The position numbers were made by a program, and so were the translations under genes. Below the pieces are notes generated by a model that worked only from the letters and a program-made list of their open reading frames with translations, had not been told where the DNA came from and made no database searches. DNA of 64,000 nt from Takakia lepidozioides (taxonomy: Eukaryota; Plantae; Bryophyta). Location: NCBI GenBank assembly GCA_030704615.1, contig CM060731.1, positions 94,364,001-94,428,000 on the forward strand. Direction: 5' to 3'. Each line of letters opens with the position of its first letter. Within the stretch, counting starts at the first letter, position 1. Positions 52,110-64,000 of the stretch are shown here, one piece after another.

Positions 52110-55100
52110 ATAATATATTATTGTTATTGTGGGCTCTCGATTTCCCGCTCACTGCTCACCGCTCACGGCTTAGCGTCCCTCGGTCCGACTTCCATATTCC
52201 CCAATTTTGCCTCACGCTTGAGTCGCAACTGGCATTTGTGTTTCCAGTGTCCCTCTTTTCTTGCAATAGTGGCATCTCGTGGTTTCCTTGTTTCTGGGTT
52301 GATGTTCTCTATCCCGTGGTGGATAGTCGTCTCGTGGCCTCTGGTAATGATTACCCGTATTGTATCGTCTTGGTCTATCCGATCCTCCCCGTCGGACTTG
52401 GACTTGGTGTACCCCCACCTCCCGTGTGTATCCACTCTTCTTGGCCCGTTGATTGTAAATACAATGGCTAGTATTATGATTGTTCATATGACAAATATCA
52501 CAGTATTTGTCTTTCATGTGGCATTCCGTTGCTAGGTGTCCAGCGGTCCCGCATTTATGACACCATGTTGCATTTCTTGACCCTTCAGTTTCAAAATTCT
52601 TGAGAGCCTCTATTATCTTCTGCTCCAAGGTGGTTTTATCAATCACCTCCTTTTTCTTTGGTTTGGGTTTTTCCTCATCATCAGAGTCTTCCTCTTCCAG
52701 GGTGTCATTGGAATCCTTGTTTCGGCACTGGTGGAACCCAAGTTCCAATTTCTTTGCAGTTGCTACTGCTTCAACCAAAGTGTTGTTGGGTAAGACTGTA
52801 ACCATAGTTACGTACTCAGGACGAAGTTCATTGACGAACCATGACTTCTGTAAGTCATCCCCTGGTGCTTGGTTTAACTTCCTGACCACAGTTTTCATCC
52901 TCTCAGGGTAGTCAACTACCATTTTATTTTATTTTCTACCTCAGATTCTGTAATCCTGTAAAGATTTCAGATGTGGATTTGTTGGAACGATATCATTCTT
53001 GAAAGGTTGCTTTCATGTCGTCCTAGGTTGCGAAATGATTGGCTGGGAATGTTGCCAACCATTCCATGCCCTTCCTGGTTAGTGAACAAGGAAATAATCG
53101 GATCATTTCCTGATCCGTGGCCTCATTGTAAATAGTGCACATGTTCTCAAATTGATTTAAGATGGATATCTGGATCAGATTTCCCATCATACAGAGGAAA
53201 TGGTGGTCGGGTTTTGCTTGCTGCTAGAGCCATTGATGCTGTTGGTGCGACTGGTGCGACTGGTACTGTAGTTTGTCCAAACTGAAATGGTCTAGCTGCT
53301 GTTGATGGTGTTGGTGTTGGGATTGTCACTACCAAAGGTGTTGCTGGTGTTTGTCTTCCAAACAAAGATTCAAAAACCGGAGGTCCTTGTCCCAAAGATA
53401 GCCGCCTACCAGCTGCTGTCCCTACTAAGCTTAATGAATCTTTAAAAGCTTTGAGTGCGGTTCTGGTTATCATTTCCGGAGAAGCAGTTTCACTTCTCTC
53501 ACCTTCTTCACTCAGAATATTCTCAAACTTTTCTTCCAATATTTCAACAAAACCTCGATTTGGACTTGTTACTGTAGAAGGTCCTTCAGATCTTTCTTGT
53601 GGTAACCATTCGCCCAGTGTATTACTTGCAACTCCTTCTGGTGTAGTGTTCTCACTTTCCGGAGATCTGATTAATTCCTGGTCTTCTGGTTTATCACTGT
53701 CAATTTGTCTTGATGCCTCTCCTTGAATAATAATCAAGTTCTGTAATTCTGGGAACTCTTTTCTCAAACGAGCTTCCCTTTCTGCAGCATATTTATCTGT
53801 TCTTTCAGTTCTGTCTTGCTTAGCTTTTTCCTTATTTTCTTCATTCATTCCCACATCATATATAGAATTCCTTTTCAGTACCCTTTCATAAGACTTGGTA
53901 TGTCAGTAAAGAAAATTATAGTGGTCTCTACCCTTTCTCTAAGATTGCACCATCCTGCAAGAATCCGTAGCACGACTTAATTTTCCTTTATTGATTGATC
54001 ACCAATCTTTTGATGGGCACAATAATACCATTTGTCTTTCTCAGTGTATCTGACTTGTAACAAGTCTTTGAGTATCCAGTACTCTACTGCTATGATCATA
54101 TGACAATATTCATAATTTGAACATCCTTCTCGAAAGATATAACTAGTGTAGCAAACTTTTCTGATTGGTAATAGAGTAATCAATAAAGCTAGACGAGACA
54201 GCCACTCCTCATTCCTGATTATACATTCCCAAGGTGCTCGTGCAATACTGATCACTCCTCCATTTAATCCCCATTTGTCATCTTCTTTCGCAATTGAAAT
54301 AAAGATCTTTTGTTGTATTGCTACTGGTAAGCCATGAAATTTTTCCAGGAATGTTTTCCATTCTTTTGCTTCCGTTGACTCGTTCTTTCGTGATTTCAAG
54401 ACATCACTGAGTAGCCATCATTCCTTGAGTTCACTGGAACTTAATATACCGTTAGTCCCCAGTATGGTCGCCAAATGTTAACCGCTGGTTTATGACTTAG
54501 ACAAAACAGGCTCTCAACACTACTGCCCATTTCCCAAGACATGCAACAGAGGTTGTCCGACGGTATGCCTTTGGAAACGATTACAAAGTAATCGTTTTAA
54601 GGATAGCTAAAACATGGCAGTCGCATGAATCAACATCTCTGCAGGTTGCTTAATCCTACAGATTAAGCCCGACCTGCAGTCCCTTTAGCCTAAAAGATCT
54701 TAGTCGGAAAGGCTGAAGCTTCTTTGTTCATACAACCACAGTATACAAGACAACCAAGAGCTATTATGCACATTCTCACTATCTCACGTTCTCTCATAAT
54801 GCACATTCTCTCTATCTCACAATCACTCTACACCGAGATGCTTAGAATAGCATGGCTTTACTTCAGAGTCCTCACATCATAGCTCAAGTACACATCGAAT
54901 CACTCTGATTCCACTGGATACACACTCATCCGTTCTAAGTTGCGTGCAGCCCTTTTATACTATGCTCGAAAGAGCCGTTACAGCCTGCGGTCGTTAATGA
55001 CCGTTGCCTAACTGCCTACGCAACCTAAAAGGTTTGCCAAAAAAGTGGCCCGTGGTCGTGGTCGTGGTCGTGACTCGTGGTCATGTGCCTTAGTGGTACA

Positions 55101-55365
55101 TGGCCCACGGTCCCTCACTACTCCTTCTACTAGTAAAGCCTATGCTACTGTGGCCGTGTGATATCGTGGTTCACAGCCCACGGCTGCTACACTATCCACT
55201 ACTACTCCTCGTGGTAGTGTGTCACGTGCTTCGCTGCTGCTAAGTGCCAAGCACTTAGCTTTTTCTACCTTGTGGCCGGGTAGTGTGAAGTAAATCACTA
55301 CTCGCCATGTACCCTCGTGGCTTCAGCTGTCCTGCCCTCGTGGCACTGACACTTAGCCGTTATCG
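52110..55365 (-). mobile_element. 5' part of a non-chromovirus Ty3/gypsy element (Ogre/Tat-like): LTR, PBS, extra ORF, gag
   Basis: LTR at about 54476-55365 (outer end uncertain; TATAAAAGG at ~54951-54959). PBS TGGCGACCATACTGGGGA at 54456-54473. gag reads FPLYDGKSDPDIHL, with three CCHC knuckles at 52210-52570. Confidence 0.8.
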
Positions 55366-55382
55366 GTTGTTGGAGAGCTTTT

Positions 55383-55502
55383 AGAAGGAGAAGGAGCACG
55401 AAGGACCATGTCAGTGGAGCTCCGTGATAGTGCGCATGTAGCTCTCCAGAAGGAGAAGGAGCACGAAGGAGCACGTCAGTGGAGCTCCGTGATAGTGCGC
55501 AC
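55383..55502. repeat. Two-copy ~66-bp tandem duplication
   Basis: AGAAGGAGAAGGAGCACGAAGGA...GTCAGTGGAGCTCCGTGATAGTGCGCA occurs twice. Confidence 0.9.
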
Positions 55503-55649
55503 GATTATGTGCTTCACAATACAAAGTGCTTGAGGCCCTTCTTGGTGTAAGTATATGTATCTTGCACTATGTTTATTCTGAATTGGCATGACATTGAGAT
55601 TGTGACCCGAGGGGGGGTTGGGTTTCTGACCTACGTTCTGTTGTATAAC

Positions 55650-55935
55650 CAGACTTTATGACCGGGAGAAGGCTGAAAGGGACTCGGCATAGACAGAGTT
55701 TCGGACAGCCTACCTCCACGGGTGAAATCCTTGTCAACGTCGTTCACAGGCTGTTCCATACCCCGAAAACCTGCAAGCTTTGCCTCCCTTTCATGCTTGG
55801 ATAGAGAATGCAGTGCGGAGGCATGTTCAAAGTCATGATGATTATGATCCTGATATTCAGCATCTATGTATTCCCCCGTGCATTGATGCCCGCTCATTTC
55901 ACTCCATGTGGGCATATGGAAACTATTATTTTTAG
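55650..55935 (+). pseudogene. Probable CACTA TnpD C-terminal fragment
   Basis: My translation of a stop-containing + frame gives YPENLQALPPFHAWI..LCIPPCIDARSFHSMWAYGN. It resembles LPMELQPLSSFRHWL at about 31005, downstream of the DUF4218-type region. Confidence 0.55.
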
Positions 55936-56594
55936 ATCCGCTCATGGAAATGACTGACCGTGCAACGAGAAATCCAGTATACCACAGCAAAAGGACGCCG
56001 CATACTGGCCTATATAGAGTATTCCGCGGTTTTATATGCATTAACATTGGAATGAAGCTGACCCTTCTGCCGCGATTGTATGATTTCCATGCACCAATAG
56101 AGTCTGCAGTGCTTCAAAATTCTTTCTTCTTCCTGCATTCGGTGGGAAAGGTTTGCGACTCAACTGGGAAATGCGGTGCCGCATTACGGTTCGCACGTGC
56201 GAGATTTCTGAGGGGGTTCGCTGTTGGCGACGGTCGGCTCCCTGAAGACTCGGTGCGACTATCTTTCTATGACAAAGGCCGCAACTACGAGTACCTACAA
56301 CGTTACTTGGAAATGCGGCGCCGCATTTCCTTGCCGGGGGTCGAATGAGGAAAACAAAGTTTGGGAGAGCAGAAAAACAGGAACCCCCCAACAAACAAAA
56401 ATACAAGCACGTGGAAACAGAAGTCAATGACATAGTATTATCTTAGTTCGAGCAAAACAGGTTACTGGTAGGCAAGACATAAGTCGAACCTTTCTGTGGC
56501 CAAAGTCAGAGGTACTTGCAGCAGTACAGTTCTACTATAACTGAAACTCCGAAAAGGATGGGCGTAACATTGTCATGTGGCCCGCAAGCCAAGC

Positions 56595-59045
56595 TCACTG
56601 GTCCCCTGGATCCATATTCAGAAGAGTGTACACCTCTTGGGGGCTCAACCTTGGTGCATGTATGAAGTGATGAGTTGTGGAATTACACTGGAGTCTCTTT
56701 AGGTATGCGTAGTACAGATGCTTGCAAGGGCAGTATGATGCCCCCTTGTTCGCCATGATCTGGAAGTCGGTGCAATTGCAGGTGGGTAATTCTGAAATGG
56801 TGATGGTGTACACCTCATTGCGGACAGCTGAGTTTGTTGTGGCCATCTGATACACACGCCCGAAGCCTGGTGGGGGCACTTATGTTGAGCTCTGGATTGT
56901 ACAGTTCATCCGAAGTGCATTCCCCATCTTTGTCTTGTTCACTTTTGAGGGGGGTCGCCGCTTCTTCGGTTTTCTCCAACGGTGTGTAGGATGTTTAGAG
57001 TTGTCGTGTCCCATTGTTCTTGCTCTCACAGGGGTCGGTGGTGGAGGTTGTGGAAGCGAAAATGGTTGTCTGGGGTCGTCAGTGCGCTGCACCATCCAAA
57101 ATCCTGCGGCAGTAAGGGCGTCGGCCTCAACCTGACTCAGATCGCATCCTGGTTTCACCAGCCACACCGTCCGTACTTGGGCTTTCCATACACGCAAGTC
57201 ATAATGTCATGCCTGCAGAACCAGAACTGGGTAGTTGTCGCCTCCGCAAACTCTGCATGGACAAATCTTCCTGTAAAAGTAGGAGCAGGGATAGCCCCAT
57301 CTGGATTCCTCCTTATCATCTCTAAACAATGTTGCCGTGTATCCACTCGAATTGCGGAACACCTGCCTCGAAACGACGGCTTTGTGCGAGCAATTCTCCA
57401 CTGTTGCGTCACAGTCATCTCCACAATGGCTTGGCCATACTGCATAACAGCGAGCGGAATCTGGAGCAAGCGAGCGGTGGGAATTTCTCGCACGGAATCC
57501 CCGCTTGAAGGCGATGGCGATCTGGAAGTTCTTGGGTTTCCACTGCTAGAAGACACATTGTGCGGCAACATGACGGGACCTCGAGGTGTTGTCCGAATGT
57601 TCCTGTCGGATCTCCAGGAATCCTCTTCGCACCCAGGTTCCTCTTCAATCCTCCGCCTCATAGGGTGAGTACGGACGTCCCTCTCTAGGTGTTCACCTCT
57701 GCGGTGCAGAGGCGTCCCTTTGATCTTCTCTCGCAATGTTGTCGCCCATTTCAGTGGATTCTTTGACCTCGAGGCTGATCGTACCAACAATTCGTCCCTG
57801 TCCGGCCCAAAGCCCCATTGTTTGCCGCTCAGGAACTTGTAGTACCTGGCTTGCTGCATGATTGCTCTGTCGATGTCCTCCGTTGTGGCCGTCACTACGT
57901 GTAAAGGTCCATAATAGAACGACAATTGCAACAAAAGTCTGGCATCATATCTCCCGCATGTACTGTCCGAACTGTTGATACTGGAAATGCTACCACCCCA
58001 ACCAGCTGTGCAAGGCTCCCAGATTGGTTGTCTCTACTGCACCTAACATGTTCCACCAAGCCTCAATGATAGCAAACTTAACCTCCGCGTCATCAAATGT
58101 GGGTGCATCCTTCCACGCCGTACAAAGGACACGGTGTTCAGCTTGGAATGAGCTAGCAACAAATTTGGTAGTGTAGTGAGATAGACTTTGCATCCAATGG
58201 AATCCACATGATCTCTCTTTCCCCTCCATTGGAACATTGGGGTCCTCACCATACACACGCCGCACCGCTGCCCAGTTGGCCTGAGCGTTGTCTGCCATGA
58301 ATCCCCTAAAATTGGGCTTTGGCAAACCCACCCTTGCCATCTGCTTGTTTATGCTCCCACAGATGCATCTCCGACTGTGTGTCCTCCCATTTCATCTCGC
58401 AGATTGCAATCGTCATGAGCCTCTTGGAGTGATAGTCATAAACATGCGCACCCATGGTCACCCACTGATAGTTTGTAATTCGCTTGATGTGATCAAATAT
58501 CACCCAAGCATTCGACAAGTTTCCAGTTGTCATGCAAGTGACCAGGTCGACTCCACTCCCAGGCCCACACGTTGACATTTTAAAAATGTAACAACGATCG
58601 GATTCGCTGCCTTGCCCTGGAAACCTGCTACCTTGGATGTAGTTATATCCAGTCCTTCGTTTCACCTCCAGGATTGAGTGCATGTTCGACCCCCGGCCGA
58701 ACTCCTGCTTGCAAGATACGATGTAATTCTGCACATTCATACTACAAACGTACGAGACCGACTCCATCAGGTCAAGCATCTCCTCTTTGTTCAAGGGCAC
58801 TCGGTCTGAACCATCTTCAGACATGATTTTGCCAAGAGCAATCTTGTGGGCTGCCTTGAGTTGAATCTGCTTTGGTCTGGTTCCGGGGCTCAATTTCACC
58901 TCCTCTTTTATGATGTTGTGTGCTTCCTGCACAGCCTCCCGCATGTTGCCTCTCGCCAAGGGGTGGCAGTGGACCCCAACGTGTATGCAAGCTCTAGTCA
59001 AGTCGGGGAGCAAATGGATTATATAATATTGCTTGGCTTTTATTG
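56595..59045 (-). pseudogene. MULE-like transposase copy 4 (DDE core and SWIM; N-terminus missing)
   Basis: ORFs 58306..59013, 57990..58340 (FRGFMADNAQANW, CGFHW), 57155..57934 and 56595..56879 (PTCNCTDF..CKHLYY). Confidence 0.85.
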
Positions 59046-59127
59046 ATCCACATGAATTGCATTTGAAGCACGTCTACTGTGCTGATGGTGCAAACAAATC
59101 TATAGCCCTGTGCCTTCTGAATACAAG

Positions 59128-59874
59128 TCATGTTGTCAACGGGACTTCGACTGCTCTGAAAACTAGCTCATGAGTCATCGGGCTCCTCCGGGTAAACTGG
59201 ATTGCAGCTGTTGTACCGCCCCTGTTGATGTTCACCACAATGTCGTGCCCTTCAATCATACCACCATCGAATATGGAAAGCTTCATTTTTTTGTCCTCCA
59301 CACCAATGCGAATGTCGCCATACAATGGAGAAGAGGAGCGCACTCCTTCAAGAGTATACATCTCTCCGATGGAGTCCATCCACGTCCACTGGCAGCAGTT
59401 CCACCGCAACAGCATAGCAGTGTGCATTCTTCTGCATGGGTGCACGCCATAGCTGGAAAAATCGGAATCAAGGATGTGCAGGAGCCACAGACTCCTCAGA
59501 CCAAGATTGTCACCCCGCTCAAAGGCGTAGTGGCCTGGGATATACTCAAAAGCTGACAATGTTTCCACATTCGCCCCACTATCTTCTGTGGAAACTGTGT
59601 GCCAGATAACAATGTCTCCCGATGTGGCCGAATACATTGCATAATTGAAGCCTCCATAAGGGCAGTCGTCCTGGTTCTGCAAGCACGACATCCTTGCAAA
59701 GGAGGCCCTCAAGACATGTTTGTTGTCGATGACAATGACCTTGCAGACAACAACGAAGCCCTTTGATTTTCCAAATGATGAGAAGCAATTTGTGGTCTCA
59801 TTTGTACAATGTGTCTGTCCACATGAATATATCAGAGTCAGCGATATCAGAGTCCTGAGGTCGAAGAAATCCAT
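59128..59874 (-). CDS. Uninterrupted ~248-aa ORF of unknown function
   Basis: Open from MDFFDL to the stop; globular-looking composition; no family recognised. Confidence 0.4.
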   Translation of the reverse strand: MDFFDLRTLISLTLIYSCGQTHCTNETTNCFSSFGKSKGFVVVCKVIVIDNKHVLRASFARMSCLQNQDDCPYGGFNYAMYSATSGDIVIWHTVSTEDSGANVETLSAFEYIPGHYAFERGDNLGLRSLWLLHILDSDFSSYGVHPCRRMHTAMLLRWNCCQWTWMDSIGEMYTLEGVRSSSPLYGDIRIGVEDKKMKLSIFDGGMIEGHDIVVNINRGGTTAAIQFTRRSPMTHELVFRAVEVPLTT

Positions 59875-59992
59875 CTTTGAATAAACGGAAACATGTACAT
59901 GCCCAAGCTCGGAAATGCGGCACCGCATTTCCTTTGTTTCCATGCATTGATGTCTGGCAGCTCCCACTCCGCCATTCTTACAATGTTTCCAC

Positions 59993-62900
59993 TCACTCAT
60001 ATTCCGGGTTCTCCTCGGCATCAATGTCGACTGTCTCTTCCTCCGAGTCTGGCGAATCCTCCGAGGAGTCTGTGGCTGCGATGGGAGCCTTCACATTCCG
60101 TTGAAGCCCTTCCAGATGGGATCCCCAGACAGAAGTGTCCTCCTCATAGGCAAATAGGTGCCGGTCGGAAAACCGCCCAGCCCACATTGAGGCACCTATT
60201 AGAATGGCATCCACTCATTAAAACATGGCCCTTGAGAAATGACGAATTTGAACATAATGAAAATTCGCAAAACAACATAGTACCAAAATCTGCATACATG
60301 TTCCACATATGAGGTCTAGCACTCTGCCCTCCAGGTCAGTGCATGCCTCCATAATTGTCTGGATGAAGGCAAGGCTCCGAGTCCATGAGTACCGCAGGGG
60401 ATCCATTGAAGTGAGGCTATGAGGGAGGAGTTCCGTGGGAATGTTGTTGAATATGACGTCGTATTCGATGGGGTTGCAGTTCAGATCAACCAACAATCCA
60501 TCCTTCCGGAAAGCAAAGGTCGAGTTCTCCTTCACAAAGCAGTATGCATCGAACTGCTTCGTCTGCATACACAGTGGAAAACGATTAGAATTCGAATGCG
60601 GCACCGCATATCAAACAGCTTACAAAATGCAAGGACGATTGCCAATGTGGTAATTACCTTCTTCCCTTCCGACGGAAGGCCCAATGTGTTGATGCACGTC
60701 CACTTCTTCTTCAGAATTGGGACGGCACTCTTGCGGGTCACTTCGCAATTCCTACCTCCGTGTTTTTGCCTCTGCTCGCAAGGACAACGACACAGCCTCT
60801 GTCGTCCAACACCATGCGGGCGAGCCCGAATCCTTTTTTCCAAAAGTCCTCGGAGTACCTGTTCCAAGACGGCAAAGCATGCAGTCCTTCCACAGGCTCT
60901 CCATCTGGAATATCCAAGATGATCATATCGCAAGACCACTCGGTGACTTTTCCACCCCTCCTGCAATCCTTCCCTGCACACACCTTCTCAAAGAACGAGA
61001 CCATCTTCTGAAACCCAGGGGTGTCGGAAGGCTCTTCGGCAGCCGCCTTCTTCAGTGCTCTGCCCTCCAGACCCTCCATGGACTTGATGTATGCCAATTT
61101 GGCTGCCCGCCCATCCAAAGCCGCCAAGAGCACTACTGTTTCTGGCTCCACTTTCGGCCTCTTCATTTTCACCGGCTCGAAAGGGTGCCCCCCCGGGGGG
61201 TTGAAGAGTGCCTTCTTTGCTGAGCCTGTTCTCGTCCCTTTCGTGACAACGGTGGCCGCAGGGGATTTTGGCTGCGTTTCGGGGGGTGGGCTGGTTGCAA
61301 AGTCTCCATCAGAGTCCTCTTCTTCACCCTCTTCCTGCTCTTTCTGTTTCTGCTTCTTTGTCTTCTTGGGTGTCACAACTGCTGGTCCTTGCTGGCGAGT
61401 CCTCTTCTTCGACCCCTTCTGTTGAGCCTGCACAGCTGCATCCACCGTCTTCTGTGCCATCTCAACTGCCTTTCTGGATTCTTCCAGAGCAGCAGCGTCC
61501 TTTGCCGACTCAGGCCCACCAGGGACACGTCTTTCCCTTCTCTTCTCCTCCGCTTTCGCAAGCAAATCTTTCTCCGATTTGTCAACAAGTCCGCCAGACA
61601 TGTCCAGGTACCACGGGCATCCAACGAAATGCGCGGCATGCCATTGTTTCTGCATCTCTGGTGTGTAGACACAGCTTGTGCCCGACACGGTCCAAGCCCT
61701 GAAAAACGGGGGCTCTTGCATCAGGGCCCCTGTCTTAAGTAGCACGTATTTCATATACCTGCAAGACAGTCAACATGCGTGAGCACAAGTTATGACCAAT
61801 GTATTCACAGAGTGCAACCGAAAACATAAAGTGCGAATGCGGTGCCGCATTTCCCAGGCAAACCTCATATCCCAGCTTTTGCATACAACATGAGCTAGGC
61901 TTTACCTGTACACAATTCGCATTGCTGCTTTTCCCGCCCCCTCCTGATGTGTAAACTCCACGCTCCTTCTTGCTGTCTGCAGCTCCCTGGCAAAGAGGTT
62001 GTCCTTGTACGCACATCTGAAACGTGTCACGTAGTCTTCCAATGTCTGTGTTCCATCCCATTTCACGTACAAGCCGAACAAATTTGTATGCATTATTCCA
62101 TGCGACAGAGTGGAATTCGAAGAGTCCGCTGGAATACCCTGTTGCCCAGAACTCTGCCAATACTACTGTGTGTCTCCTCCAACATTGTATCCGCTACAGT
62201 TTGGAATTCCTCCGGAGACATATCTGCAGGTGGCGGTAGGGGTGTTGCATTGCAGAGGCCTCCTCCGGGCCTACAGTATTCTGAAGTTCTTCCACAACGT
62301 TGAAGAAGTCCTGCTTCAAACGTTGAACAGCAGCACCCTCCTCCGCTGACAGATCGATGACATCAGTCGGTCCCGTTGCCTTCACTACAGCAGACACGCC
62401 CCCAACATCACATGTGTGGAAATCAAGCAGGAACTGGGCTTCAGCTCGTGGAACCGGTTTTGCGGAAGACTGCTCCGCCCTCCCTCTGATTGCCTTCTAC
62501 TTCTTATTCTTTGCAAGTGAAGGTGTCTGCTGCATTTGAATGTGCACTGCCCCCTTCTGCTTCATTCTCTTGGGGGGGGGGGGGGGGGGGGCGGCCTGGT
62601 CCGGTTCAGAAACCTGTTCAAGCACGGGCTGCTTCTTCTTCGTCTTTATTGGAGAAGGGGCCGACCCCTGCTGGCGATTCTCCATGAGTTTCAAACGTGA
62701 GTCTTTCTCTGGTGCTTTGAACTTCAAAGACTTGCCTTTTCAAGCCACGTCCTTGAAACGTACAGGGCTAAGCCTGCCAGGAAGACCCGTGCTCGTGGAT
62801 CGGATGGGTGTGCGTGCTGCAGCTAGCTCCACGGATTCTTCCTGCGGCTCTTCAAATTCATGCGATCCCTCCACCACCTCCACCTTTCGAGTTAGGCATG
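59993..62900 (-). pseudogene. Second, divergent beta-class DNA-methyltransferase-like gene (5' boundary uncertain)
   Basis: CDMIILDIPDG (~60900-60932); TRSLAFIQTIMEACTDLEGRVLDLICGT|GASMWAGRFSDRHLFAYEED. Introns at about 61759-61905, 60563-60657 and 60196-60297; frameshift at about 60740. Confidence 0.72.
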
Positions 62901-63428
62901 CAAACATCTTCTGCATTCAAGTGTCCTATCATACAATCTAAAAATTGCACAACGAAAAGGAGGGAGGGTTTCGGTGCTCGATCAGCTGCGCGCATCCCGA
63001 TAGCATGGAGCTCTCACTGGGGGCTGGGTTGCCTGCGTTGCCGGCTGCTGCATGATGATCATCTCCTCTTGAAGAGCATCTGCTTCCTCCCCTTCGGCAT
63101 TGGCCTTGGTCCGAAGTACAACTTGCGGAGCTTGCGATGACGTCTCTTCTCTCGTGCATGAATTTTCTCCCTCTCGGGTTGGAGCATAAGAAGAACAGAG
63201 ACATAGAAAAGGGGCGAAGAGTGCAGATGGAAAGGGCGCGAGAGGGGTGAATGAGCAACCATGACAAAAGAACATAAAACCGCGGGGATGCACCGTTTGG
63301 GTTCGAAAGGCTGGGCTGGAAATGTCTCCTCGTGGACTATGTGTCATTAGGAAATTCAAATCATTAAAGGTACGCTTGCAGTCTGCCGGACAAACATCAT
63401 TATCCAACAGGCCGCGTCGCCTCCTGCC

Positions 63429-64000
63429 TCGCGCACCTCCCTTCGGTAAGCTCCCCTTCACGTCATAGTCACTCGCTTTGATGCGCGTACTCCCAACCTG
63501 GCCGCCGAGCCAACTTGGAGCTTCGGCTGCTCACCGGGACATAACGTTCCCCCTTCGCTTCCCACTAAACCCTCCACCTATTTGGGACAAGTGGAATTCC
63601 CTTTGGTAGATGGCAGTCAAACTGCTCCCCACTCTTTGGTCGCTTTCTGGCTCGCTCGCTTACTCACTAGTTTTTGGTCACCAACGGGCTTGCACCGTTC
63701 TCGGGGTTACTACTCCCTATATATACTTCTGTAGCTGCCCGCGGGGGTTTCATAACCAGCCATGCCATTTTATGGCGAACCACCACGAAAACCCTCGACT
63801 CCCGGTGATGAGTCGCGGTGAGTCTTGGCCCACTCACCAGGGCCCCTATGGACCGTGATGAGTCCCAAGACTCCCCACGACTCCCACCACGAGGTCTCCG
63901 CCCCCATGGTGAGTCCTATGCCACCCCCACTAAGTCCCGCTAAGCTACCACCACCCCTTGTGGAGCCACCCCCACCGCAACCCGGTGTGCGGGGCTCCAC
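63429..64000 (-). repeat. Third LTR of the chromovirus family (3' or solo LTR), running off the window end
   Basis: Reverse complement of about 4489-5070; no PBS follows; terminal CA is lost. Confidence 0.93.

Overview
A TE-dense piece of plant nuclear DNA, probably from a non-seed land plant. The evidence is GT-AG introns, PLS-type PPR remnants, TTTAGGG repeats and a plastid-targeted purH; the lineage is my inference. Host-derived sequence consists of a spliced but disrupted purH (13441-20106, -), PPR fragments and an RNA polymerase second-subunit fragment. Retroelements: a near-complete chromovirus-type Ty3/gypsy element (4344-10133), a truncated sister copy (46952-51560), a third LTR of the same family (63429-end), the 5' part of an Ogre/Tat-like gypsy element, and LINE debris. 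DNA transposons: CACTA TnpD remnants and five pieces of a Mutator-like transposase family with GCM-like, DDE and SWIM regions. The main observation occurs twice (about 29-44 kb and 55.6-63.4 kb). In both places this Mutator-like transposase lies next to an intron-containing gene for a prokaryote-type, permuted (beta-class) N4/N6 DNA-methyltransferase-like protein, which carries an N-terminal ParB-like domain in the first copy. Both loci also carry palindromes with the core TGCGG-NN-CCGCA, as a 20-unit array directly upstream of the first gene and inside introns of the second. I interpret this as a candidate transposon-encoded DNA-marking or anti-silencing system. Both copies are decayed. All domain calls come from motif recognition by eye, not database searches, and many boundaries are approximate.
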